DNA of 64,000 bases from the human T2T-CHM13v2.0 reference genome, Homo sapiens. The notes below the pieces were generated by a model. The model was not told the DNA's origin. It saw only the letters and a program-made list of their open reading frames with translations, and did not search any database. The stretch lies in the NCBI RefSeq assembly GCF_009914755.1, contig NC_060933.1; one strand, 5' to 3'. Made by a program: the position numbers and the translations under genes. Of the stretch, positions 17,151 to 35,820 are shown in pieces; within the stretch, counting starts at the first letter, position 1, and each line of letters opens with the position of its first letter.

Positions 17151-18397
17151 AATCTAAAATAAAAAAATAGAGCAATATTAAAGGAAGAACCCATGGAATT
17201 GAAATTACCATAGGCACACTTAGAGCCTCCTTTGGTGAGTACAGTGAGTGGAGTGATAATTTAATTTAAAATTGCATTCGTTATTTAAATTTGCAGATTT
17301 TTTTCTGTACTTGTGGCTCATTTGTGGGTATCACACCTTTGCTCTCCATGGGTTCTGTGACTAAAGAGATATTTCAGTAGCATGGCTGGTTTTCTTTTCC
17401 TTCTTTCCTCTGATCTCTGTTGTTAGGCGTGTGTAAGTAACAGTAAGGCTGTGAAATTTGTCTTACGCACAAGCCATTTAGCCATTTAGCAGCCAAGCCA
17501 TTAAAAATCCTGAGAGGTGAAGGGCTGGGAGGGTGATTTCTCAAGGTAAAATGTATCACATTGTTTTGTTTCGTAGTTCTTAAAAAATCCCCATACAAAT
17601 GTTTCTTCGTTTCTCCAGTTCGGAAAATTTTTATGTAAAATGTCCATTATTCTAAATACATCTTATTAGAGGTTAAAGGACCAGACAGCACCAGCATAGT
17701 AGAATTAAAGTGACTTCAAGTCTGGTGGGAGGTCCATTGTTGGGAACACTAAAGAACTCAAGATGCACTTCTTCCCTTTTGAAATTGTGGAGTCATTTTG
17801 TTTTTATTTCATCAAAACAATATAAGCAATCAAGTGACAGAGATACATCAGAAATGATGTCAGCAGGCAGTCAGATGCTCAGGGTCACCGCCTGGAAAGT
17901 GCTGTTAGAAGCTCAAGGCCTCTGATTCCTCTGGGCTTGGTCACTGATGGAGAAGCTGACATAATTAAACCACTTTATTTTAATAGAGCTGCTTCCTATC
18001 ATACCTGTGAGTATGTGCGTCACATCGTCCCAATATGTATCTTTTATAAATTTATTCGATAAAGAAATAGAGGCACATACAGATGAGGAAAATGCAGATG
18101 AGTTTAAAAAGATAAAGGTCCAGGTAGTAACAGTTTGGCCCCATGCTTGTGTTGATATAAAAAAATGGTTTCAACAACTAAAAAGTCATTGCTTACATGA
18201 TACATTTTTAGGCGTGACGTCGCAAAAGTTTGGTCATCAGTTCTTCCAATATGCTTTCTCTTAGAGGCTGAGTTCTGGCTCAGTACATTGTTACACAGGT
18301 CCAACTCCTCAAATCGCGGCAAACATGCAGTAATGTAAATTTCAATTAAACGTTAATTCACATAAAAGGTCTGCTTTGCCTCTTGCTGCTGGCCTCT

Positions 18398-18850
<453 letters not shown>

Positions 18851-19437
18851 TCATATGCAGGACTAGTGACTTGTCCTTTCTTAATCAAGGGAAATTTTGC
18901 TAATAACTTATGCCTTAGCTTTCCGTTCACACTGAGGAGATAATGGCTGTACGGCAGGCTGGGTCTAACAGTTCTTCATGAAGACCAGTGGGAACCGGTA
19001 ACCTCCTTACTCTTCTCAAAGTCTTCCTCTAAATCTACTTGGAACCTTTGTTTCCTCCCTTTAGATTAACTGAATATGCCCTTCCTCAGCCCCGCCACTT
19101 TCACTGTGGTCTAGGATGAAATAATGACTAGGGTTATTAAAACCTTTTGTCAGTGGGTGTCTCATTTTTTTGAAATTATATCTTGAGAAATGTATACCTT
19201 AATCTTCATATATGGAAGTAATGTTTTGGAAACTCTTCCTGCATCAAAACCGTCTTCTCCTAAGTTAAAGACCAACTTCCCCCTCCTTTCCGGAATCCCC
19301 ACAGTCCCCTGCAGGACTCACCGCTGCTCTCCAACAGTTTCCATATAGTTTCTTGAAAGCACTTTATTGCTAATTATAGTTAAATACTGAAATTTACCTT
19401 TCATTTTTTTAGTTTTAGCAATCCCAAATAGTATATA

Positions 19438-19547
19438 GGCGGGAGGATCACTGGAGCCCAGGAAGTCCAGGCTGCAGTGAGCTGTGATTGCTTCACTGCC
19501 TCCAGCTTGGGCAGCAGAGCAACACCTTGTCTTAAAAAAACAAAAAC
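19438..19547 (+). mobile_element. Partial Alu right arm (AluJ/FRAM-like)
   Basis: ggcgggaggatcactggagcccagg...gagcaacaccttgtctt-A tail. Confidence 0.75.
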
Positions 19548-19757
19548 AGTGTATGTCGGTAGCATAATAAAGCCACTTAAATTAAATTTCACTCTTAAAT
19601 TTTCAATACAAAATCTTTAAGTTGGAAAGTGGTGTATGACTGTCATCTGAAGGTGGTTTGCGCTGATCCACTAACCCATACCTGCATTGCCTTCCCTAGT
19701 CCGTCTGGCCAATCAGCCCCTGGAATATGCCAGACCATTTCCTCTGCCTGGATTGAC

Positions 19758-20028
19758 CTCTCCGTCACCCAGGCTGGAGTGCAGTGGCACGATCTTTGCT
19801 CACTGCAACCCGCTCCCCTCCCGGATTCAAGCGATTCTCCTGCCTCAGCCTCCCGAATAGCTGAGAATACAGGCGGGTGCCACCACGCCCGGCTAATTTT
19901 TGTATTTTTAGTAGAGACGGGGTTTCACCGTGTTGGTCAGGCTGTTCTTGAACTCCTGACCTCAGGTGATCCGCCCGCCTCAGCCTCCCAAAGTGTTGGG
20001 ATTACAGGCGTGAGCCACCGCGCCCGGC
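19758..20028 (-). mobile_element. Alu (AluS-like) lacking its 3' tail
   Basis: Begins abruptly at ctccgtcacccaggctgg with no poly(T). Confidence 0.92.
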
Positions 20029-20770
20029 CCTCACACTCTTAAATCTTACCCACTGTGCTAGACCTGTGCAGTCGGCATCTGGGTCCCTTCCCAGGGTGAT
20101 CCCTCTCTCCCCTGGATGCCTGACAGCCAATTTGGTCTAGTAGAAAGAGCAAAGGTCTGGTTGCATTCAAAGTTTGAAGTTCAAGTGCTAAGTCTGTCAC
20201 TTAGCAGTTGTGGAAATTTAGGCCATTCCTTAATCTTTCTCAGACTTTGTTTCCTCTTTGATGAAATGGACCCTGTAGTACTGATCTCATGGGGTTTCTT
20301 TTATAAATGAGATATCTTACATAAGTTCAGTAAGTAAGAAACTCTCCTTCCCAGTTCTCCAGTTTTTTAAAGTTGGCATTACAAAACTTAATTATTTGTT
20401 AGTTCATTGCTGTTGAATGAAGTGTAGCCTTGGCTTTGGAATTGTTTAAAAAAAAAATCCCCAGGTGATCTTTTGGAAACTACTGGGCTAGGGGCTAAAA
20501 TAACACAAGAAATGGAATATTCTACTCCCATCAGTGAGAATTTCCCTATTTCTCCTCTTTTGAAAAGATAATTTTAAAAAAATTTTGAGATAATTGTAGA
20601 TTTACATACACTTGTGAGAAGTAACAGAGAGAACCCGAATAGCCGTTCAGCAGTTCCCCCACCCCAAGGTGACATCTTGTAGAAGTATAGTGCAATATCA
20701 CAGCCGGAATCTTGACATCCATACAGTCAAGATACACAGTATTTCCATCAGCACAAGAATTCCTCCTATT

Positions 20771-21092
<322 letters not shown>

Positions 21093-23438
21093 CTATTGCT
21101 CGTTAATAACCACTAGTATGTTCTCCATTTCTATGGGTTTTTTTAAACTTCAAGAATGTTATGTAAATGAAATTATATAGTATGTACTCTTTGTGGTTGA
21201 GTTTTTTTCACTCTGTGTAATCCTCTCTAGATTCATTTGCATAATTGTGTATATCAGTAATTTGTTCCTTTTCATTGCTGATTAGCAATCGGTGGCATGG
21301 ATATACCAGAGTTTATTCACTCATTGAAGGGCATCTGGGTTGTTTGTTTACAGTTTGGGGCAATTATGAATAAAGCTTTTATGAACATTGTGTACAGGTT
21401 TTGTGTGAACATTAGTTTTCATTTCTCTGGAATTAATGCCCCAAAAGGCAATAGATGGGTCATATATGGTAATTGCATACTTAGTTTTATAAAAAGCTGC
21501 CAAATTGTTTTCTAGAATGGTTGTACCACTCCCACCAACAGTGTATGATTTCATTTCCTCCACATGCTCATCAGCATTTGGTGTTGTGACTATTTTTTAT
21601 TTTAGCTATTCTGATAACTGTGTAGTAATATCTTTATTGTGGTTTTAATTTGTGTCTCCCTGATGTCTAATAATATTGAGCATGTTTTATATGCTTATTT
21701 GCCATCTGTATATCGTTTTCAGTGAGATAGATGTCTGTGAATGTGCTTTTGTTGTTGTTCATTTTCTAATTGGATTGTTTGGATTTGTTTTGTTACTGTT
21801 GAATTTTCAGTTCTTTATATATTCTAGATACTAGCCTTTTGTTGGATATGTGATTTGCGAATATTTTTTCCCACTCTGTTGCTTGCCTATTCATCGACTC
21901 TTAACTGGAATTTTTTAGAGCAAAAGTTTTAATTTTGATGAGATTCAGTTTATCATATTTTCCTTTTATGGGTTGTACACATCGTGTCAATTCTAAAAAT
22001 TCTTTACCTAACCCTAAATTCCAATTCCAAAGATTTTTGAATTTTTTTCCTAAAAGTTTTATAGTTTTACCTTTTACTTTTAATTCCATGCCCTATTTTG
22101 GGACACATTTTATATAAGATGTGAGAGTTGATTCTCTCTCACTCTCTCTGACTATGAATGTTCAGTTGCTCCAGAACCATTTGTTGAAAAGGCTATCCTT
22201 CCTGCATTGAATTGCATTTTAAATAGTGTTAAAAATTGGTTGAACTTACTTGTGTGGTGGGTCTGTTTCTGCATTCTTTATCTGTTTCATTAATTTATAT
22301 GCCTCCACCAATATCACACTGTCTTGAACGTGGTAGCTGTATAGCAGGGTTGAGTTATTCCTCCTGCTTTATTCTTCTTTTTCAAGATTGTTTAAGTCTG
22401 TAGCTTGCCTCATTCTGTATAAATTTTGTAATAAATTTGTTTATGTCTACAAACATCTTGCTAGAATTTTTATGGGAATGACATTAAACATAATAGCTCA
22501 ATGAAGGGAAAATTGGTGTTTTACTGTTTTGAGTCTTCCAATCCATGAACATGAGATATCTTTCCATTTATTTGGATCTTTGATTTCTTGCCTCAGCATT
22601 TTGTAATTCTTAGCATCCAGAGATTATATGTTTTATAAGTATGCTTAGGCATTTAGTTAGTTTCTTGATTGATTGTAAGTGCTGTTGTGCTTTAAATTTT
22701 TGTTTACATATGTTTCTTGTTAGAATATGAAATATGATTGTTTCATACTAATCTTATAAGCTCTTTTTTGAACTTAATTTTTTTTTAGATTCCTTGGGAT
22801 TTTCTATATGGAAAATCATGTCATCTGCAAGTAGAGTCAGCTTTATTTCTTCCTCGTCAATCTGTAGGGAGTTAATTTATTTTTCTTGCTTTATTGCAGT
22901 AGCTAGACTTTCAATACTAGGTTGAACTAGAGTGGTGAGGGCAGACATCCTTGCCTTGTTTCCTGTCTTAGGGGAAAAGCATTCATTCTTGTTTCCTATG
23001 TTATGTGGAGGTAGTTCCCTTTTATTCCTGGTTGGCTGACAGTTTTTATTTTGAAAGGACATTGGATTTTTGTCAAATGTCTTTTCTGTGTCAATTGGTA
23101 TTAAAATATTATATTTCTTCTTTTGTCTGTTGATATGTTGAATCAGCTTTGCATAACTAGAGCAACTCCCATTTTGCCATAATGTATAATTTAAAAAATA
23201 CATTTCTAATGTGTTTGATTTATTAATATTTTATTGAATATTTTTGCATTCAAATTCATAAGAGATATTGATATGTAGTTTTCTTTTTTCATATTGTCTT
23301 TATTTGGTTTCAGTATCAGGACAATACTGCCTACATAAAATGAATTTGGTAGCATTCTCTAGTCTCCTGTTTTCTGGAAGAGATTATGTAAAATTGACTT
23401 TAATTTTTATTTAAACATTTGGTAGAATTCTCCAGTAA

Positions 23439-23805
<367 letters not shown>

Positions 23806-26047
23806 TTATGAATTCAATTTTCTTAATAATTACAATTACTTAAATTACCTATTTCATGTTAGGTGAATTGTGGTAGTTTGTACTTTTTGAGAAATTTGTC
23901 CATTAATCTGAATTGTCAAGTTGATTTGTGTAGAATTATTTGTAGTATTTTCTTATTATTCGTTTGATGTCTCCAGCATCTGTAGTGATATCCACTTAAA
24001 TTTCTCATATTCATAGTTTGTCTCATCTTTTTTTGTCTGTCAGTCTTTATAGAAGTTTTTCAATCTTACTGTTTTTTAGAACTAGATTTTCGTTTCATGA
24101 TTTTCTCTATTATTTTTGTTTCAAATTCTATTGAAATCTGCTCTTCTCTTTGTTATCTCCTTCCTTCAGCTTGTATGAGTTAATTTTGTTTTCTAGTTTC
24201 TAGAGGTAAGAACTTACATTATTGGCTTTAGGGCTTTCTTCTTTCCTAATGTAGGCATTTAGTGCTACGTTTTCCCTATCAACACAGTTTTACCTACATT
24301 TCACATATTTTGATATGTTGTATTCTCATTTTCATTTAGTTTTTCATGTAGTTTCATTTTCATTTAAGTATTTTAATAAATTTCTTTGAAGCATATTCTT
24401 TGACCTGTAGCTTATTTAGAAGTGTATTTTAAAAAATTTCTAAGTGTTTAGAGATTTTCTTTTTCTCTTTCTGGTATTGATTTCCAGTTTGATTCCATTA
24501 TGCTTAGAGAATATACTTTGTGTGATTTTAGTTCTTTTAAATATGTTGAGGTTTGTTTGGCTCCCAGGGATATGGTCTGTCTTGTAAATTTTTCATGGGC
24601 ATTTGAAAAAAAAATGTATATTCTGCTATTCTTAAGTGGAGTATTCTGTATGTATTTCAATGAGATCCTGTTGGTTGATTATGTTGTTCAGATCTTGTAT
24701 ATCCTTGCTGACTTCTTGTCCAGTAGTTCTGTCAGTTGCTAAGAGAGACATTTTGAAATCTGTACTATAATTGTGGATCTGTTTATTTTTCCATTCTGCT
24801 CCATCAGTTTTCTTATATTAATAGGCTTTATATTTTTTAGCAATTTTAAGTTTACATAGAAATTGAGCAGAAAGTACTGGAAGCATATGATTTTTATTCT
24901 TTAGCTTGTTGATCTGATGGACTATATTAATTAATTTTCAAAAGTTAAAGGCATATCTAGAGTAAATCCCACTTGGTTGTGGTGTTTATTTTTAAAAATC
25001 GTTTGGTTCAATTTGCTAATATTTTTTAAGGATTACTTCATCCATGTTCAAGGGAGATATTTGTTTGCAGTTTACTTTTTTGTAAGGTTTTGCTGGTTTG
25101 GGTATTAGGGTAATGCTGGCCCATGGAATGAGTTAAGAAATAGTCACTCTGCTTCTATTTTCTGCAACAGATTGTGGAAAATTGGTATCATTTATTTCTC
25201 CAATGTTGATAGAACTCACCAGTGAATCATCTGGGCTTGGTACTTTCTGTTTGGGAAGGTTATTAATTACTGCCTTAGTTAAAAAATTTTGTTTCTCTCG
25301 AGACTTTCTCTTTCACCATGTTTTATTATTTAGAAATGTGTTTTTAAATTTTTTGGTATTTGAGGATATTTCAGCTCTCTTTCTGCTATTATTAGTTTAA
25401 TTCCATTCTGATTCAAGAACATGCCTTTTGTGATTTCTATTCTTTTAAATTTGGTAAAGTGTTCTGTGGCCTAGAATGTGGTTTAACTTAATGAATTGTG
25501 CATTTGTATTTGAGAAGAATGTGTATTCTGCAGTGTCTAGATAAAATATTCTATAACGCTAATTGAATTCTAAAGTATTCAGTTAGATCCAGTTGATTGA
25601 TGGTGCTGTTCAGTTCAAATCTATCCTTAATGATTTTCTTCCTGCTGAGTCTGTCACTTACTCATAGAGGGGTGTTGAAGTCTCCAGTGGTAATAATGGA
25701 TGTGTCTCTCTGTCCTTGCAGTTCTATCAGTTTCCCCCTAATATATTTTGACTCTTCTGTTGCTAGGTATATACATATTAAGCATTATTATATCTTCTTG
25801 TTATATTGACCCCTTTATTATTGTGTAATGCCCTTTTTCATCTCTGATAATTTTCCTTGCTCTGCAGTTGGCTTTGTCTAAAATTAATTTAGATACTCTG
25901 TCTTTCTTTTTGGTTAGTGTTACCATGGTATATCTTTCTCTAGCTCTTCAAATCTACCTGCTATTTTATATTTAAAGAGGATTTCAGTAGACAACATGTT
26001 GGTGGATCATGGGTTTTGTTGTTGTTGTTCACTCTGACAGTCTCAGT

Positions 26048-27173
<1,126 letters not shown>

Positions 27174-28172
27174 TTATTTGTTGCCCTTGTTTCTTCTTTT
27201 TTTCCTGAATTCCCCTCTCACATTTTTTGTTTTAATTGAGCATTTTATATGATTCCATATCCTCACTTCTCCTAGAATATTAATTACATTTCTTGGTAAT
27301 TGTTTTAGTGGTAGCCTTTGAGTATAAAATATACACTATAACAATCTACTTTCAAATAACACTATTCCACTTCATTAATGGTGCTGGTACTTTATAACAC
27401 AGCATTTCCAATCCTTCTGTCTTATTTTGTATTACATTATTATCATTCATTTTACTTATTCATAAGCCATAATCACCCAATACATTGTTAGTATTATTTA
27501 GAGCTGTTACCTATTACATCAATTAAGAAGAAGACACTAGATTTTATTTTAATTTTTTTCTTCTCTAATGCTCCTACCTTTCTTTATGTATTTCTGTGTT
27601 TTTGACCTATATTGTTTTTCTTTTCTCTGAGGAACTTCTATTAACATGGCTTGCAAGGTAGGTCTACTGGAGAAAGATTTCCTCAATTCTGTTTATCTAA
27701 GTCTTTATTTCTACTTTACTATTTAGGATAATTTTACTGGATATAGAATTTTATATTAGTGTGTGTTTTCTCTCAACAGTTTAAATATTTCACTTCACTT
27801 TCTTCTTGCTTGCATGGTTTCTTAAGGGAAATCTGGCATAATTCTCATTCTTGCTCCTATGTAGGTAAGGTGTTTTATTTTACTCTGGTTTATTTCGAGA
27901 TTTTATTTTTAAAAGATTTTATTTTAATTTTAAGAAAGTCTTCAATTTTTTGCAATTTGAATATGAGATGCCTAGGTGTGGTTTTTTTTGTATTTAACCT
28001 GCTTGGTGATTGCTGAGATTCCTGAACCTATGGTTTCATGTCTGTCATTAATTTTGAAACATTCTCAACTGTCATTATTTTAAATATTTCTTCTGGTTCT
28101 CACTCTCTTCCTTCTACTTCTGGTATTCCGATTATGGGTTACATAGGTTACACCGTTTGAAATTATCCAACA

Positions 28173-28503
<331 letters not shown>

Positions 28504-29175
28504 TCATTTTTCATTCTTTTTCTCTTTGTGTTTAATGGAAAATTTTCATTGACGTATCTTCAAACTCACTGATTCTTTCCTCAGCACTTCCCAGTCTTCC
28601 CAGACTTTGATGAGGCCATCAAAGACACTCTACAATGTTCACTTTTAATCTCTGTATTTCCTTCTGATTTTGAGATTTCATATCTTTGTTTATAGTACCT
28701 ATCTCTTCTTGCATGTTGCCCACTTTTTCAACATAGAGCCCTTAGCATATTGATTATTATTTCAAATTCCTTATCTGATATTTCCAAATCTGTCATATCT
28801 GCATGTTTGCTTGATTCGTCTCATAGGACTGTATTGTTTGGCTTTAGCATACCTTGCAATTTTCTGTTGAAAGCCAGACATGTTGTATTGGCAAAGGAAC
28901 TGAGGTAAGGAAGCCTTTAATGTAAGGTTTTATGTTTATCTGGTTAGTAGTTAGGCTGAATTTGCTCTTTGCATAACTGTGGTGTCAGAGGCCAAAATTT
29001 CCTCAAAGGTTATTTTATTTTTCTTTCTTCCGTTTTGAGTTTTCCCAGAGACTCTGTCTTAAATAGGGTCTAAAATTGACAGCTCTTTCATTTTTAATCT
29101 CCTGTTACTATACAGGTAATGTACTGATCTGATTGATGATAAGGTGCGGGGAGAGGAGAAGCATCCTATACTCTT

Positions 29176-29626
<451 letters not shown>

Positions 29627-30976
29627 AGAAGCATCCTGTACTCTTAGGATTAGGTCAGTCTTTTAGAGAACCTGTCTTCCTGGACTGTGACCTTCAGACT
29701 GCTTCTCAGCTTCCTTCCCCTTCCCTTGGGTAAGAAAAGAAGGGTAGAGGGGGCTGGTTCTGGGTATTTCCATTCCCCTAGGTGGTTTAGGCTCTAGTAA
29801 ACTAGCTTTTTGGGGGATTAGAATGTTGTTAAGGAGAACATAATGTTCAGCGCTTATTTCAAAAATGTTTACTCCTTCCCTCCCCCTGCTGGAGACATAA
29901 GAGCGTTTTTTTCCTATCTTTATTCTGAGAACTTGATGGGGCTCTTCCTGGAGATAAAACTCTTGAAGGTGTGTTGACCCTCTAAGGCGTATCCCCCACT
30001 CTAGGAGTTTTCAATCTCTGTAGCTTGTCCTTGCTCAGTATCCATCAATTAGTCAGTTACATTTTAAGTGCTTTTACCAGACTCCACCATCTGCTTTGGC
30101 TCCATTAGCCGTGATGCTGTTTTCAGTTGTCTCTGCAGCTTTAGGAGTAATGTTTGCCCTATGACTTTAACTGTTTAAGAAGAACTGTTTATTTTTAGTT
30201 AGTGCAGCTTTTTTCTTGTTGTGAGAATGGGAGCGATGACTTCCAGACTCTTAACGTCATATCAGATTGGAAACCAGAAGTCTCAATTTTTGCCTCATTT
30301 TTTTAAGGGTGTATTGTTTCTTGCATATGCATTTATGTCTTCCTGGTGATTTTTTTTTAAATCATTATGTAATGTCCCTGTTCTAGTATTTTTGTTCTGA
30401 AGTCTATTTTATGAGATAGCCATTCTGCTTTCTTTCAAATTTAATTTTTGCAGAGTGTATTTTTTCCATCCTTTTACTTTTAACCTGCCTATGTTTATTT
30501 TGAAGTGAGTTTCTTATAAATTTCTCGTTGTGTTATTTTTTTTTCAGTTGATTCTGCCAACATCTAACTTTTGTTATATTTTAACCATTTACATTTAAGG
30601 TAATTTTTATAATTTTCTTACTCGTTGCTTGGTATTATAGTGTACATATGTGACTTACCACAGTCAACTTAAATATCTTCACTCTCATAATGAAATATGG
30701 AATCCTTATGTCTATTTGGGTCCTTTATCTTCCCCACTTCTAAATATCATTGTCTTGAGTATCATATGGTATTACAGTTTTTGTGTCAATTATCATATGT
30801 CATTTCAAAAATTGATAAGGATAGTCTATTATATTTATCCATATTTCTTCTCTTTTCATTTTTTTCCTGATGTTCCAAGAATCCTTCGTTATAATTTCTT
30901 TTTGAAAAACCTCCTTTAGCCATTCTTTAGGGAATGTCTGCTAGCGACAAATTATTTTAGTTTTCTTTTGTGTTAA

Positions 30977-31282
<306 letters not shown>

Positions 31283-33349
31283 TAAAAAGATTTTATTTCC
31301 ATTTTATTCTTGAAGGATAGTTTCTCTGGATATATAATTTATAGTTGACAATTCTTTTCTATCAGCCCTGAAAAAAAATATGCCATTCCTTCTGGTTCTG
31401 TAATTTCAGATGAGTAATCTACTATCATTCAAATTAGGGTTCTTTTACAGGCAGGTAATGTGTTATTCTCTCAGGCTGCTTTCAAGATTTGTTTTGTTTT
31501 GTTTCCAAAAAGTTCAATTATGATGGATCTTGGTGTCGATATTTTTGGGTTTATCCTTTTTTGGACTTAACTTCCTAAATCTGTGGGTTTGTATCTTTCA
31601 CCACATGTAGGAAGTTTACAGCCAGTATTTTTTCAGTACTCTTTCAGCACACTTTGTTCTCTCTTTTTGAGATTCGGATGATATTGTCTGATAGGACCCT
31701 ATGGCTCAGTTCTTTTTATATTCCGTCTGTTTTCTCTTTTTTGGTCAGGTTAGATAAAGCCTATTGGTGGGTCCTCAAGTTCAGTGATTCTGTCCTGTGT
31801 CTTTTCACTCTATTCTTGAGCCCATTCAGAGTTTTTTTAAAACGTTATGTTATTGTATCTTCCAGTCCTGGGGTCCTAAGCTTCCTCTTTCTACCTTTCA
31901 GAATTCTCTTCGGTTGTCTTCTGTATTATTTCCAGAATCTATCATTATACTTGGTGGAAATAGCAGGGATAGACAAGTCTACAAGATCTTTTATCAGTCT
32001 AGAAGTTCACCCACTTACATCTTTTTGTTACTGTTTCTAAAAAAATACATTTTTACTACTTTATGGGGAATATGGGAGATTTAGATGTAAATTTACACTT
32101 GTACATTAGGATATAATGAGTGTTTTGCTCTTTAATCTGCGACAGTTTAATGGTGAAGTCGGTAACTTTTAAAGTGGCATTCCGAGAAGAGTGTATTAAT
32201 TTTTAAAAATATCTTTTACGTTGTAGTGACAAGCTTTTAGCACATTTTTAAAAGATTCCTGGTACTAATCCCTCTTTAAATTTTCCCAGATTGACTTTTT
32301 TTCGTTGTTTTTTTTTGTTATTTGGCAGAGGGGCAGGTGATGGATAGTGGTGGTGGTAATGAATGCAGAGATCTTATCTATGAATGAGTTATAATTGAGT
32401 TGTAATAAGCAGTAAGGTAGAAGCTAAGTTCCAGATCTCGATTCATATTCCAATGGTAACAACCTATTGAAATTTGAAAAACAGCACCACATGATCAAGC
32501 ATGTTTAAAAAACTGGTTGAGTTAATCCAATTTCATTTTCCTCATGGCCTAATCTGTGATGACTGCAACTTGTGGCCTCTGACCCCTTTCCTTTTTTAAG
32601 ATAGGTGGCCTGACACCTGCTTTTTAAATTATCCTAACTTTACTGTGATGTGCTGTCAGTCCATCACCCCAATCTTCACTCCCAACCCCTGGCAGCATCC
32701 CTTGTCCTAATATGCAGTTCTATAGATCTGAGTTAGTGTCTGACTCTATCATTTAATCATTGTCAGTGCTGAGAAGGAGGCGCACTCGTCAGAGCTGTAG
32801 TTGACCCAGGGCACTTTGTTTCTTCGCATGAGAAATCTCTAACCTCAGAGATGAGAAAAGCCTATCAATGTCATTCCTTAACCTCCAAATAAAGAGTCAG
32901 GACATCCAATGCAATAAAAACAAATACCTCCAAAAATTAGTAAGTACTGACAGAGAATACCATATCTTTCCAAATGTGTAATATACAGGTAGTTAGCAAA
33001 AAGATGGGATGAGATAAATCAATGTCTTTGTATAATATTAAACTTTCTCAATGAACATTTCATAATTTCAAATAGATTTTATCTTTAGTGTGCAAATTAC
33101 CCTGGTATTTATTTTAATGGTGAATTTTTTTGAATGTTATTTCTATAGAAAGTATGTATCACGTGCAACTGACTGATTTCTAATAGAAGAAAAATAGATG
33201 GAATCATTTAAGCCTAGATATTGAAATATTGGGGGAAAAACATTGGTTAGGCTTAAAGAAACGTTTCAGAGGTAAAATACAAGTGTTTAAGTATAGTTTC
33301 ATTTTCTCTCTCTCTGCCTCTCACATATACACTTCACACCTGGGAGTAA

Positions 33350-33577
<228 letters not shown>

Positions 33578-34347
33578 TGATTTCCACATGATTTCCCTGC
33601 ACAAAAATGTGGTTTTTATTCTTTAATTATGCATAGTTAATTAAATGTCAGACAAGCTGGTACAATAAGGTAACTAGATTAAAGTATGTTCAAGCAAGCT
33701 GAAATACAAGTTTTGATGAAATATGATCAGTTAATCTAAGGATTAAATTTTATGACCAAAGATTTACTAATTCATTGTGAATACTATATAATGTGTTTTT
33801 TATTTTTCGTAAAAGAGAAGCAGCTGTTAAGTTTTCCACTCACTGGAAATCAAATATCATTCTCTGCGAAGTTTAGTTAATTAATTAACGTAGTATTCAT
33901 GTGGCAATTCAAAAAGCAAATTCCTCCAAATCTTTGTCTTAAATTGATTTGGGATATAATGCTGCATATTCTGTCTTTCTTTTAGAAATTAACATTAACA
34001 CAAGAAACTCTGAGAGGTCCTGCATAAAAGGACTGTGTTTATTTTTTAGAAGCAACAATTTCCCACACTCATTGAAATCTTCAGTGCAATAGCAAAGCTT
34101 CAAGCACCAACTGTTCTGTAGACCATACTTTGAAACAACTAACATAGAATTTCCGGAATTTGAAAATTATTTTGTAAGCTTTCTTTTGAGCAGAAACAAT
34201 TTTCTCATGTAGATTGCAATGCCTCTTTTTCAGAAGTTCTTTTTGAGGTTATTCTTGAAATGCATATTGGTTTTCTTTTTTTTTATTTGTAATATGTAAA
34301 TGTTTTCAACCTTTGGGTTCATGTCAGCAACTTAAAAAGCATTGTCA

Positions 34348-34721
<374 letters not shown>

Positions 34722-35493
34722 GTAACGTAATGGTCAATCCAGGTGTCAGTATAATTGATTTGGACATAAAATAGCTAATCTAAGCAGTAATTTGATTCCT
34801 AAAAATTGAGTTGTTTGGCCTGCATGGTAGTCCACTTATTTATTTGGCATAAAAAGTCTACTTTGCATCACTTTAAAAAATATTGTGAAGTTGGGAAAAC
34901 TCACTTGAATCTACTGGAGCTTTCTATAGAATACATACTATACATTTACATGGATATTATTTTTAATCTTCCTCAAGTTCAAAATTACAAAATGATCATA
35001 CAGATTTATGAGACACTCTTTTTGAATATTTTGATATGCAATCTTAATACAACTTTCTCTTACTTAAAAATGAATGCAGTTTTAGTGCAGTGAGTAACAG
35101 GAACAGATCTGATCCATAGTTTCAAATCTGGCCACCAGTAAGTTTCAGGTCTGAAGTAATTTGCCGTCAGTTAAAATGGTTTTGTACCATATTTTGTATG
35201 ATGTACATTTTAAAGTGTCTGGTATGATAATGTGATGATGTGTGTTAGCTTTGGGCTCTAATGAGACAAACAGCGACCTTCAAATCTTTTGACGGACATC
35301 TTTAACAATCCTAGAGGTTTTCATTTCCTCCATTCCACAAGGGGCTCCTGCCTGTGAGGGCTCCAGCCCTCCAGCTCCTGGCTGTTCAGAAGACCTCCAG
35401 CTCATTGGTCTGTCCCCACCCCCATTCTCTACAGGTCAGAAAGGAGAGCATTGGCAGGTTATTACAAGAAAGCCAGAATGGCATATATGCTAG

Positions 35494-35820
<327 letters not shown>

